From Alphaproteobacteria bacterium (lineage in GTDB: Bacteria; Pseudomonadota; Alphaproteobacteria; Rickettsiales; JABCZZ01), in assembly GCA_013288985.1 (NCBI GenBank), contig JABDAT010000003.1:4183-68182 (forward strand): a DNA stretch of 64,000 nt. The letters are read 5' to 3'. The translations under genes and the position numbers were made by a program. Positions within the stretch are counted from its first letter, which is position 1, and the number at the start of each line of letters is the position of its first letter. A model generated the notes under the pieces. It saw only the letters and a program-made list of their open reading frames with translations, ran no database searches and was not told the origin of the DNA. This document shows, piece by piece, positions 1 through 9,432 of this stretch.

Positions 1-1
1 T

Positions 2-442
2 AATCTATTTTTGGGACAATGCTCAGACTCAAAAATTCTAGAGGATGAATTTATGAATGATACGCATGACGAAATAGAAGAAGGATTACTATATAAGGAT
101 TTATCTGTAGCTCGTCAGAATCTTATAGATATTAAAATTATTCTTTCAGAAATTGATCTTCCTATAGACCAAAGAACTATACTCAATGATCCCAAGATAT
201 TGAATTCTATGAGAGATGCGGCTGCTGGAAATTTTGATGAGCTTGAACTGGATAAGGTGTTTTTGATTGCTGAAGCCCAAACTCGCGGTATTGATATTAA
301 TAATCCAGGCAAATTTATAAAAAGACATGCCACTATTTACAATGAACTAGCGAGTATGGGGCAAAAGATTGAAATTGATGAGAGTGGTAGACGTACTCAA
401 GCAGGACGCCTAGTCAAGGGATCACGATCACGAGAAGAGTAA
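2..442 (+). CDS. C-terminal part of an orphan protein (frame open to the left window edge)
   Basis: Frame is open from nt 2 to the TAA at 440-442, so the listed TTG at 11 is probably internal. The sequence is visibly AT-rich and D/E/I/L-rich, with no motif I recognise. Its stop abuts the stop of the convergent gene at 443. Confidence 0.35.
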   Translation, partial: NLFLGQCSDSKILEDEFMNDTHDEIEEGLLYKDLSVARQNLIDIKIILSEIDLPIDQRTILNDPKILNSMRDAAAGNFDELELDKVFLIAEAQTRGIDINNPGKFIKRHATIYNELASMGQKIEIDESGRRTQAGRLVKGSRSREE

Positions 443-1666
443 TCAAAGCAAATCCAGAAACGTAAACCGGTCGCGGATGAAGCGGGCATGGGTGACGGCC
501 TTATTGTAATCCTCTTCGCTCCAGCCTAAGTCGCTTGCGGTGGTGGGCGCGCCCGCTTTTACTAATACTTCGCGTAAAGCGGCTTCGGGCAGGCTGATGT
601 GCTTTATGGCTGTGCGTATCTCCTGTTCATGCGTTTTTAAGCGCTCATTCATGGCTTCATAACGTTCGTACAGCATATGTTTGCTGGAACTGGCTTCGCC
701 TATGCTCTTGCTAAGCGGGGCGCCGAAATAATCAACAATGGTTTTTTCCCAGTCGGAATATTTAGGCAGGCGCAGTTTTTGCGAAAGCAGAGTCTGCTGG
801 ATCTTTGCCATCGTGAGTGTTGTCACGCCAATCTGCTCGCCGTGATAGCTTTCAAATAAAGTATTTGCGTGCTTCATTTCCATCGTGTGGGCAATAAGAT
901 GCTCGCCCTGGCTTGCGGGGTAGCTGCCGCCGGCAAGCGTCATGCCGAGCCCTGATACTAATAATGTTTTAATGAGCAGCTCAATCACGCTGCCATCGCC
1001 GGAGATTAATTTATCCGCCTTGTCAAATAGCTCGGATTCATAAGGCTTAAGCATATCAAAGGGCAGTGAAGTATAGGCGGTGTCCCACAGTAAATGGGAA
1101 AGCAGCCAGTCTGCCTGCGCGGTGGAGCGGCAAAGCGAGTCGCCAAGGCCGCTTCGGATAAGCCGTTTGGGGGCGCGGGCCAACACGCCCAAATCGCAAT
1201 ATACGGCTTGCGGCAGATGCGCCGCCAGGGTTTTCTTGTGGCCGCCTATAGTAATAGAGGCGTTGGCCGACAGATATCCATTCATGGAAGGAGCGGTGGG
1301 GAACACCACATAAGGCTTCTGGGTTTTAAAGGAAGCGTATTTGCAGATATCATTAATAGTGCCGCTGCCCACTGCTATGAGCGCATCGGCGTTTCTAGAA
1401 CTAATGCTATCGGCTGTTGCTTCATCGGCATGGGGAGTGCCGGCCAGTATGAGTAGATCGGTGTTTAATTCCCCAAGTTCCTGAGAAATCCTTTCTCCAA
1501 ACGCGTTATGGGTTGCTTTATCGCAGACAATTAACAGGTGCGATTCTGCGAATCCGGCGCGTGCAATCAGCGCTTTTATTTCGCCTGTAAGTGTCGGTTC
1601 AATAACGATTTCAGCGATATTGCCTTTGATGGAGGACGGTATCAGTTCAGCAAGGCGGTTCTGCAT
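443..1666 (-). CDS. sn-glycerol-1-phosphate dehydrogenase-like (AraM/EgsA family, Fe-ADH/DHQS-like superfamily)
   Basis: Blocks match B. subtilis AraM from memory: AVGSGTINDICKY..., FPTAPSMNGY, GLGDSL...ADW, LLVSGLGM, PASQGEHLIAHTMEM and HGEQIGV. I start at the ATG at 1666 (MQNRLAEL). The 88 extra upstream codons in the track overlap the divergent mltB-like gene. Confidence 0.75.
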   Translation of the reverse strand: MQNRLAELIPSSIKGNIAEIVIEPTLTGEIKALIARAGFAESHLLIVCDKATHNAFGERISQELGELNTDLLILAGTPHADEATADSISSRNADALIAVGSGTINDICKYASFKTQKPYVVFPTAPSMNGYLSANASITIGGHKKTLAAHLPQAVYCDLGVLARAPKRLIRSGLGDSLCRSTAQADWLLSHLLWDTAYTSLPFDMLKPYESELFDKADKLISGDGSVIELLIKTLLVSGLGMTLAGGSYPASQGEHLIAHTMEMKHANTLFESYHGEQIGVTTLTMAKIQQTLLSQKLRLPKYSDWEKTIVDYFGAPLSKSIGEASSSKHMLYERYEAMNERLKTHEQEIRTAIKHISLPEAALREVLVKAGAPTTASDLGWSEEDYNKAVTHARFIRDRFTFLDLL

Positions 1667-1751
1667 AATTCCATTTCTTTGACGGATTGAGCTTGTCAAA
1701 TTAATACAAGCTATAGATAAACACTTAAGTGCGATTTGGGAAAGGGTCATA

Positions 1752-2717
1752 ATGCGTGTCATAGTGTTTTTATTCTGCGTGATGTTAGGCGGCCCTGTTT
1801 TTGCTGAACAAACGCAAAGCTTCAGCAGCTGGCTGGATGATTTCAGGCATGAAGCGCTGGAGAAGGGCATATCGCAGGATGTGCTGGCGGATGCGTTTTC
1901 CGGTATTGAAGAACCATCGGATGACATCATCGAGCATGATCAGACGCAGCCGGAAAAGACCAAATCATTCCTCGAATATTTAAGCGGCTTCAGAACGGAA
2001 AAGAAAATTGCCGCAGCGCAGGAGCACTGGCAGGCGCATAAGGCATTATTTGCAAGACTCAAAAAAACATATGGCGTGCCGGTGCCGATCTTATTGGCGT
2101 TATGGGGCGTGGAAAGCAATTTCGGCGAGCGTCAGGGCAGCTATTCCATTATCGAATCCCTCACCACGCTTGCCTATGACGGGCGGCGCAGCCAGTTTTT
2201 CCGTAAAGAATTACTGGATGCATTGACTATCCTTCAGCAGGAGCATAAACCAGCGGAAGAATTAACCGGCTCCTGGGCGGGCGCGATGGGACAGATACAA
2301 TTCATGCCGTCGAGTTTTCTTGCCTTTGCGGTGGATTTTGATGGCGATGGCAAAAAGGATATATGGAACAGTGATGACGACGCGCTGGCCTCTATGGCCA
2401 ATTATCTGCATCAGAAGGGTTGGGATGCCGGCAGCGGATGGGGTGTGGAAGTACAGCTGCCAGATAGCGATAACGAGGATTGGGATGCTATTAGGGATGC
2501 TAAATCGCTCAGGGAATGGCGCAAGCTGGGAGTGCGGGCGATGGACGGAAAGAGCCTGCCAGCAACCGTTCAGACGGCGCGCCTTGTCTTGCCCGATAAT
2601 GATCCGGAAGTGGCATACCTGGTTTTTTCCAATTATGATGCAATTATGGATTGGAATCATTCAACGTATTTTGCGACCAGTGTCGGGTTGCTGGCGGACG
2701 CGATAGGAAATCAATGA
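1752..2717 (+). CDS. mltB: lytic murein transglycosylase (MltB family)
   Basis: N-terminal signal peptide. Motifs LWGVESNFG and GAMGQIQFMPSSF are typical of MltB-type transglycosylases. Confidence 0.85.
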   Translation: MRVIVFLFCVMLGGPVFAEQTQSFSSWLDDFRHEALEKGISQDVLADAFSGIEEPSDDIIEHDQTQPEKTKSFLEYLSGFRTEKKIAAAQEHWQAHKALFARLKKTYGVPVPILLALWGVESNFGERQGSYSIIESLTTLAYDGRRSQFFRKELLDALTILQQEHKPAEELTGSWAGAMGQIQFMPSSFLAFAVDFDGDGKKDIWNSDDDALASMANYLHQKGWDAGSGWGVEVQLPDSDNEDWDAIRDAKSLREWRKLGVRAMDGKSLPATVQTARLVLPDNDPEVAYLVFSNYDAIMDWNHSTYFATSVGLLADAIGNQ

Positions 2718-3790
2718 GACATTTGCATACTCTAATAGGCATAGGATTATTGCTGCTGTTTTCTGCCTGCGGTGGCGGAACGGCGGAAAAACCGCCTTAT
2801 GAAGGCATCAAGCTTGGCAAGCCCTATGAGGTATATGGGCGCTGGTATAAGCCACATTACGAAGCGGATTATGACGAAATCGGCAAAGCCTCCTGGTATG
2901 GCCCGGGCTTCCATGGCGGCAAGACTGCCAGCGGCGAGCAGTTTGACCAGAATGCTCTGACGGCGGCCCATAAAACGTTGCCGATGCCTTCGATTGTGCG
3001 CGTCACCAATCTGGATAATGGCAAAAGCGTGCTCATTAAAATTAATGATCGCGGACCCTTTGCCCGCGACCGTATTCTTGATTTATCACGCGCGGCCGCT
3101 GCAAAGCTTGGGGTGATCCGCACAGGCACCGCCAAAGTACGCGTGCAATTCCTTGACAAGGAAACGCGCGACTATGTGCAGAACCTGCAAAAGGGCAAGC
3201 AATATGCCATGCAGTCGCTCAAAAAAGTTGATCCTGATGAGGCTGCCTTAAGGGAAGAGGCGCGTCAGGAACAAATCCAGCAGGCTTCTAAAGCGGCGGC
3301 TGCTTCGGACGGGCAGGCAATACCGGCCGAAGGTGTGGTGGAAAACGGTGCTGTTGTCGATCCGGTAACGCAAGCCGTTGTCAACAAACCCGAAGCACAA
3401 GCTCAACTGCCCCGGTCCAAAAAGATGCAGAGGGAAGAAATACAGAAGGAAGAACCGGCGGATCCTTTTTCAGTGGTGGATGCAAATGGTGATTCTGCCA
3501 ATCTTCAACAGGAAAAAGCGATACCGGTTGCGGCGACCACCGCTGCAATGCCTGCAAAAACGGGTGGCTTCTTTGTGCAAGCGGCTACCTTTAAGGCAGA
3601 AGAGAACGCACAAAGATTGTGCCATAAGCTTAATGGGCTGGGCGCAACGCAGGTAATAGAGATTACCATGAACGAAAGAAAATTATACCGCGTGGTGCTG
3701 GGCCCTTACGTCGAGCAGGAAGATGCAAGAAAACAGTTGAGTAAACTTGCAGCGCTCGGTATTTCTAACGCAACCATTTTCCGCAACTGA
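2714..3790 (+). CDS. rlpA: septal ring lytic transglycosylase RlpA with C-terminal SPOR domain (lipoprotein)
   Basis: ATG at 2714 overlaps the mltB stop (ATGA). Lipobox LLFSAC. DPBB block ASWYGPGFHGGKTASGE...INDRGPF. SPOR-like C-terminus FFVQAATF...YRVVLGPY. Confidence 0.85.
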   Translation: MRHLHTLIGIGLLLLFSACGGGTAEKPPYEGIKLGKPYEVYGRWYKPHYEADYDEIGKASWYGPGFHGGKTASGEQFDQNALTAAHKTLPMPSIVRVTNLDNGKSVLIKINDRGPFARDRILDLSRAAAAKLGVIRTGTAKVRVQFLDKETRDYVQNLQKGKQYAMQSLKKVDPDEAALREEARQEQIQQASKAAAASDGQAIPAEGVVENGAVVDPVTQAVVNKPEAQAQLPRSKKMQREEIQKEEPADPFSVVDANGDSANLQQEKAIPVAATTAAMPAKTGGFFVQAATFKAEENAQRLCHKLNGLGATQVIEITMNERKLYRVVLGPYVEQEDARKQLSKLAALGISNATIFRN

Positions 3791-3800
3791 TAAGTATCCC

Positions 3801-4940
3801 ATGCAAAACACATCTTCACGCTTTAAAATCATGCTCTGCGCCTTGGGCGGCTTGTTATTAGCCGCGCCTGCCATTGCTATCGAAACAGCTGCCAAGCAGG
3901 CCATCGTTATGGATGATATGACCAATACGGTCTTATTTGAGAAATCCGCCGACGAAAAAATGCACCCCTCATCCATGAGTAAGCTCATGACGGTGTATAT
4001 TGCTTTCAAACATTTAAAAGACGGCAGCCTTAAGCTTACGGATGAATTGCCGGTGAGCGAAAAGGCCTGGCGCACGCAGGGCTCCAAAACCTTTGTCGAG
4101 ATTGGCGGGCGCATAGCGGTCGATGATTTGCTGAAGGGGATTATTATTCAATCGGGCAATGATGCCTGCGTGGTGATAGCAGAAAATCTGGCGGGCAGCG
4201 AAGACGCCTTTGCCGAGCAAATGAACGATATGGCGCGCCAGCTTGGCATGAATAACACGCATTTCAGCAATGCCACCGGCCTGCCCAATGATACGCATTT
4301 GATGAGTGCGCATGATCTGGCGATATTGGCGCATCATATTATTCATGATTTCCCTGAATATTATCATTACTTCTCGGAGAAAGAATTCGTCCATCACGGT
4401 ATCAAGCAGGACAACCGCAATTTGCTTTTATATAAGGATATCGGCGTAGACGGGCTTAAAACCGGTCATACAGATGCTGGTGGATTTGGTATGGTGGTTT
4501 CTTCCAAAGATAAAAGCGGGCGGCGTATAATTGTAGTGGTTAACGGTCTTGGCAGTGAAAAAGAACGCGCCGAAGAAGCCGAGCGCCTGCTTGATTATGG
4601 ATTCAGGGATTTTGAGAATGTAACGCTGCTCCATAAGGGCGATGTGGTGGATAAAGCCGATGTTTGGTTTGGCGCGCAGCCCAAAGTAGGCCTTACGGTT
4701 GCCGATGATCTGGTGTTGACGCTGCCAAAAACGGCACGGGATAAGATGAAATTCACCTTATCCTATGAAGGACCCGTTCCTGCTCCGGTAAAGGAAGGCA
4801 CACATATCGCCGATTTAACGATTGAATCTGTGGATGCGCCTGCCCAAACCATACCGCTGGTTGCTGCTGAAACGGTGGACGAAGTGCATGGCTTCGCACG
4901 CATCGAAAGAGCCCTGAAACATTATATCCTAGGGCAATGA
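3801..4940 (+). CDS. D-alanyl-D-alanine carboxypeptidase (PBP5/6 class)
   Basis: Signal peptide. SxxK (SMSK), SxN (SGND) and KTG (LKTGHT) motifs are present in the right order. Confidence 0.85.
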   Translation: MQNTSSRFKIMLCALGGLLLAAPAIAIETAAKQAIVMDDMTNTVLFEKSADEKMHPSSMSKLMTVYIAFKHLKDGSLKLTDELPVSEKAWRTQGSKTFVEIGGRIAVDDLLKGIIIQSGNDACVVIAENLAGSEDAFAEQMNDMARQLGMNNTHFSNATGLPNDTHLMSAHDLAILAHHIIHDFPEYYHYFSEKEFVHHGIKQDNRNLLLYKDIGVDGLKTGHTDAGGFGMVVSSKDKSGRRIIVVVNGLGSEKERAEEAERLLDYGFRDFENVTLLHKGDVVDKADVWFGAQPKVGLTVADDLVLTLPKTARDKMKFTLSYEGPVPAPVKEGTHIADLTIESVDAPAQTIPLVAAETVDEVHGFARIERALKHYILGQ

Positions 4941-5551
4941 GCGGACGTTTCATCACGCTTGAAGGCGGTGAGGGGAGTGGCAAAACCACTCAGATTCAGT
5001 TGCTGCATGCCGTCTATAAGGAAGCGGGACATGCTTGCGTGGTGACCCGTGAACCTGGCGGCGGAGCAGGCGCGGATGCCATACGGCAATTGCTCCTTAC
5101 CGGCGTGGAAGATAAATGGCATAAAGTATCGGAAACCCTGCTTTTTCAAGCTGCACGTGTAGAGCATGTGGAGCACGTTATAAAGCCGGCGCTGCATCGT
5201 GGCGACACAGTACTATGTGATCGCTTCCTGGATTCCACGATTGTCTATCAGGGAATCAGCAAAGGGCTGGGTGCGGATTACGTGCGCGCGCTGCATCAGT
5301 TGACGCTGGGTAATGTGCAGCCCGATGTTACACTTATTCTGGATATTGATCCTGCGGTGGGGCTCACGCGCGCCAAGGCGCGCGCGGGCGATGAAACCCG
5401 CTTTGAGAATATGGGTACTGGTTTTCATAGCCAGGTGCGCGAAGGATTTTTATCCCTGGCAAGGATTGAACCTGAGCGTTGCAAGGTAATTGATGCGTCA
5501 CAATCAGCAGAAGAAGTACATAAAGCAATCAGAAAAGCGGTGGGTTTATGA
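4937..5551 (+). CDS. tmk: thymidylate kinase
   Basis: P-loop ITLEGGEGSGKTTQ and a DRF...S block. ATGA overlap with the preceding gene. Confidence 0.9.
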   Translation: MSGRFITLEGGEGSGKTTQIQLLHAVYKEAGHACVVTREPGGGAGADAIRQLLLTGVEDKWHKVSETLLFQAARVEHVEHVIKPALHRGDTVLCDRFLDSTIVYQGISKGLGADYVRALHQLTLGNVQPDVTLILDIDPAVGLTRAKARAGDETRFENMGTGFHSQVREGFLSLARIEPERCKVIDASQSAEEVHKAIRKAVGL

Positions 5552-6198
5552 GCGATGAATCATTTGAATATCTGGTGCAGGGGTACCGGCGTTTCTACCA
5601 TAAATATCTGGGCGATCATTACGAGGAATACCGCCAGGAAGCAACCGTAAGGCAGGCGCCTAAGGTGATGATGATCGCCTGCAGCGATTCGCGCGTGAGT
5701 CCCTCCATCGTGACACACTCCAAACTCGGCGAAGTGTTTATTGTCTGCAATGTAGCCAATATCGTGCCGCCCTACCGCCCTGACAAGGGCACGCATCATA
5801 GTACCAGTTCCGCGCTAGAATTTGCCGTGGGCACGCTTGATGTCGAGCACATTATCGTCATGGGGCATAGCGGTTGCGGCGGCATTCGCGCGCTGCTTGA
5901 CGGCGCTCCGGTAGCGCTTGACGGCGAATATAGTTTTATCAAGCCCTGGGTGGAAATTATCGCCGAAGCGAAAACCAAAGTGTGCCATCTGCATAAGGAT
6001 GAGCAATATCAGGCCTGCGAGCAGGAAGCGCTGAAGATATCCATGGAAAATCTCAGGACCTTTCCGTGGATTGAAAAGCGCATTACAGAAAAAACGCTCG
6101 CCATTCACGGCTGGCACTTTGACATAGCAAGCGGAGTGATGACCGCGTATGATAAAACAAAAGACCAGTTCGTAACGCTACTTGATAACAGTATTTAA
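5548..6198 (+). CDS. beta-class carbonic anhydrase
   Basis: Zinc-ligand motifs CSDSR and HSGCGG. Translationally coupled to tmk. Confidence 0.85.
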   Translation: MSDESFEYLVQGYRRFYHKYLGDHYEEYRQEATVRQAPKVMMIACSDSRVSPSIVTHSKLGEVFIVCNVANIVPPYRPDKGTHHSTSSALEFAVGTLDVEHIIVMGHSGCGGIRALLDGAPVALDGEYSFIKPWVEIIAEAKTKVCHLHKDEQYQACEQEALKISMENLRTFPWIEKRITEKTLAIHGWHFDIASGVMTAYDKTKDQFVTLLDNSI

Positions 6199-6201
6199 AG
6201 C

Positions 6202-7269
6202 ATGGCGCGCCGCAGCAGTACCGCAGAGCAGGCTGAAGAAGCCGTACCGTCGCTTCACCCCAAGAACAGTGAATATCTGGTTGCGCACGGCGCAATAGAA
6301 AAACAGCTGCTTGCGATGATCAATGCGAACAAACTGCCGCATGCATTGCTGCTGACCGGCCCGCGCGGGATTGGCAAGGCGACGCTTGCCTATCGTATTG
6401 CCCGTTTTTTGCTTACCCCTGCGGAGGCAGCGGGCGCCAGTCTGTTTGGTGAAAGCCTGCCGCCGGAATCCCTGCATGTATCTGCGTCCCATTCCATCTT
6501 CAGGCGCATTGCCCAGAACGCCCATCCGGATTTACTGGTGCTGGAAGCCGACGATATTAAAGTGGAGGAGGCGCGCACTGTTGGGGCATTTCTCTCACTC
6601 ACACCTGCAGAAAGCGCATGGCGGGTTGTGATTATCGACAGCGCCGACGCCATGAACCGCAGCGCCGCCAATGCACTGCTTAAAATACTTGAAGAGCCGC
6701 CAGCCCAGGCGATATTGATATTAGTGAGCCACAATCCGGGCGCGTTATTGCCGACTATCTGCTCGCGCTGCCGCACGCTACGCGTTTCGCCTCTTAGTGA
6801 ATCTGATTTTGCACGTATACTTAGCACTATTGCGCCGCAGGTGGCACCCCAGGAATGCCATATGCTGGCTTTGCTGTCAGGCTATTCGCCAGGCGTTGCG
6901 CTGTCGCTCATTGAGTGCAAGGCCGATATATTATACCAGGAAATATTTGAGCGCATTACGGTGCCCGATACGCTTAAGCTGCACAGCTTCGCCGAACGGT
7001 TTGCCCGTAAGGAAAGCGACAAGGAATGGCGGGTATTTACGCGGCTGTTCTTATGGCTGCTGACCCGTATCTCTACGCAGGAAGCAGGCATCAAGACTGA
7101 GATTTTTCCTGGCGAGAAGCAGGCCTTAGAGCGCATTTTTGCTGCCAAACCCCTTGATTTATGGACCGAACTGTGGGAAAAAGCGCAAACGCTGCTCAGC
7201 GATACGCAGCGCCTTCACCTTGATCGCAAACAGGCAATTCTGACGTTATTTCGGGCGATTGCCGAGTAA
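6202..7269 (+). CDS. holB: DNA polymerase III subunit delta'
   Basis: HALLLTGPRGIGKATLA P-loop-like block, a SAANALLKILEEPP block, and conserved tmk-holB-metG order. Confidence 0.85.
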   Translation: MARRSSTAEQAEEAVPSLHPKNSEYLVAHGAIEKQLLAMINANKLPHALLLTGPRGIGKATLAYRIARFLLTPAEAAGASLFGESLPPESLHVSASHSIFRRIAQNAHPDLLVLEADDIKVEEARTVGAFLSLTPAESAWRVVIIDSADAMNRSAANALLKILEEPPAQAILILVSHNPGALLPTICSRCRTLRVSPLSESDFARILSTIAPQVAPQECHMLALLSGYSPGVALSLIECKADILYQEIFERITVPDTLKLHSFAERFARKESDKEWRVFTRLFLWLLTRISTQEAGIKTEIFPGEKQALERIFAAKPLDLWTELWEKAQTLLSDTQRLHLDRKQAILTLFRAIAE

Positions 7270-7279
7270 AAGAAAAAAT

Positions 7280-8830
7280 ATGACCCAGAATTTTTACATC
7301 ACGACCCCCATTTATTACGTCAATGATCGCCCGCATATTGGTCATGCCTATACTTCGGTTGCGTGCGATGTATTGGCACGGTTCATGCGGCTTTCAGGAC
7401 GGAATGTAAAATTCCTGACCGGCACGGACGAGCATGGCCAGAAGGTGGAAAAATCAGCGGCCCAGGCAGGCACTGCGCCTAAGGCGTTTGTCGATGAAGT
7501 GTCGCAGCATTTCCGTGACTTGACCAAAACAATGAACATCAGCAATGATGATTTTATCCGCACCACCGAACCCCGCCACATCAAAAGCGCGCAAGGCTTA
7601 TGGCAGAGAATGCAGGAAAATGGTTTCATCATACTTGGCAGTTATGCGGGCTGGTATGCAGTGCGCGACGAAGCGTTTTACGGCGAGGCCGAACTGGTAG
7701 ACGGCAAAGCGCCAACAGGCGCGGATGTGGAATGGGTGGAAGAGCCCAGCTATTTTTTCAAGCTTTCCGCTTTTGGCGACAAGCTGCTCGCATTTTATGA
7801 GGCACACCCTGATTTTATCATGCCCGCAAGCCGCCGTAATGAAGTTATCAGTTTTGTCAAAGGCGGCCTGAAGGATCTCTCGATTTCGCGCACGACGTTT
7901 AAATGGGGTATTCCCGTACCGGGCGATGAGAAACATATCATGTATGTTTGGCTGGATGCGTTGGCTAATTACCTCTCAGCAGTTGGGTATCCTGATACGG
8001 ATGCTGCCGGATACAAGAAATTCTGGCCTGCGAATATCCATATGGTGGGCAAAGATATATTGCGGTTTCATGCGGTGTATTGGCCCGCGTTTTTAATGGC
8101 TGCGGATTTGCCATTGCCAGAGCGCGTATTCGCGCATGGCTGGTGGACGATTGAGGGAGAGAAAGTATCTAAATCACTCGGCAATGCAATACCGGCTGGC
8201 GAATTGGTGGAGAAATTTGGTCTCGACCAGACACGATATTTCCTTATGCGGGAAGTGCCATTTGGCAATGACGGTAATTTCTCGCGCGAACGCATGGGCA
8301 TTGTCATTAACTCCGAGCTTGCCAATAATGTGGGTAATCTCGTGCAGCGCACGCTCAGCATGATTCACAAAAATTGCGGGGGCATTGTGCCCGACTCGCA
8401 GGGAGTCGCTAAGGACGAGCTTGATTTGGCATTCCTGCAGAAAGTACAGGTGACGGATAAAGCAACGCCGGAGCATATAGTCACGCGTTATACGGATTGT
8501 AAATTTAACGAGATACTTGCCGACATCATGGCGATTGCCAGTGAAGCAAACATGTATATCGATACTAAAGCGCCATGGAAGCAGAAGAAAATCGACGAGA
8601 AACTGATGCAGGCGACGCTTTATCATCTGGTGGAAGCAATACGCTGCATTGCCATTATGCTTCAGCCATTTATTCCTGACAGCTCATCAAAAATCTTAAC
8701 CATGCTCGGCTATGGTGAAAGCCAAATAAAGGCCGGGGTTTCTTTTAACGAGTTAACGCCTGAATTTGCCATTAAACCTGGTACGGTTATTTCCGAGCCG
8801 CAACCCCTGTTTCCCAGAATCGAATCCTGA
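7280..8830 (+). CDS. metG: methionine--tRNA ligase
   Basis: Class I HIGH region (PHIGHAY) and KMSKS-type loop (KVSKSLGN). I start at the ATG at 7280 (MTQNFYITTPIYYVN). Confidence 0.92.
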   Translation: MTQNFYITTPIYYVNDRPHIGHAYTSVACDVLARFMRLSGRNVKFLTGTDEHGQKVEKSAAQAGTAPKAFVDEVSQHFRDLTKTMNISNDDFIRTTEPRHIKSAQGLWQRMQENGFIILGSYAGWYAVRDEAFYGEAELVDGKAPTGADVEWVEEPSYFFKLSAFGDKLLAFYEAHPDFIMPASRRNEVISFVKGGLKDLSISRTTFKWGIPVPGDEKHIMYVWLDALANYLSAVGYPDTDAAGYKKFWPANIHMVGKDILRFHAVYWPAFLMAADLPLPERVFAHGWWTIEGEKVSKSLGNAIPAGELVEKFGLDQTRYFLMREVPFGNDGNFSRERMGIVINSELANNVGNLVQRTLSMIHKNCGGIVPDSQGVAKDELDLAFLQKVQVTDKATPEHIVTRYTDCKFNEILADIMAIASEANMYIDTKAPWKQKKIDEKLMQATLYHLVEAIRCIAIMLQPFIPDSSSKILTMLGYGESQIKAGVSFNELTPEFAIKPGTVISEPQPLFPRIES

Positions 8831-9432
8831 TGCTTGGAAAAGATGCTTTTGGCTACCTGTCGTTAGTATTTACAGTATTGTCTTATTCGCCTTATGTCTG
8901 GTCGATGCTGCGGGGGAAGACATGCCCCCATATCTTTTCTTGGATTATCTGGGCGCTGGTATCGGCTATTGTTTCCATTGCGCAATTCATAGCGTATGCC
9001 GGGCCGGGGGCATGGGCGCCGGGCTTGACTGCCGCATTCTCGCTGGGCGTCATTTTTTTATCGTTCTCGCAGAAGGCCGACTGGAGCATTACGCGCAGCG
9101 ATTGGGTTATGTTTATCGGCGGGCTTAGCATTATTCCTTTATGGTATATTACTTCCAGTCCGCTGGTGGCGGCAATTCTGGCGACTTTAATTGATGCAAT
9201 CGCCTATTATCCGACCTTCCGGAAATTCTACCATAAGCCCCATGAAGAAATGATTTTCATGTATGTTATTGCCAATATGAAACATGTCGCTTCCATTTTT
9301 GCGATCGTCGAATATTCTGTAACGACGCTTGTTTTTCCGGTTTGTATTTTTGCCATGAATATTTCATTGATAGCGATGCTGGCTTATAGAAGGCGCGTTA
9401 TAGCGCAGGAAGTGCCCCATGTTTCTGGTTGA
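8830..9432 (+). CDS. polytopic inner-membrane protein, unknown family
   Basis: About six hydrophobic segments. The ATG overlaps the metG TGA, and the 3' end overlaps the tatD start by 14 nt. No motif recognised. Confidence 0.55.
   Translation: MLGKDAFGYLSLVFTVLSYSPYVWSMLRGKTCPHIFSWIIWALVSAIVSIAQFIAYAGPGAWAPGLTAAFSLGVIFLSFSQKADWSITRSDWVMFIGGLSIIPLWYITSSPLVAAILATLIDAIAYYPTFRKFYHKPHEEMIFMYVIANMKHVASIFAIVEYSVTTLVFPVCIFAMNISLIAMLAYRRRVIAQEVPHVSG

Noticed and set aside
1667-1930. An 88-codon N-terminal extension of the G1P dehydrogenase ORF in the track.
   Set aside because: It is Ser/Cys-rich with no homology to AraM. It overlaps the divergent mltB-like gene, and an internal ATG gives a normal-length protein.
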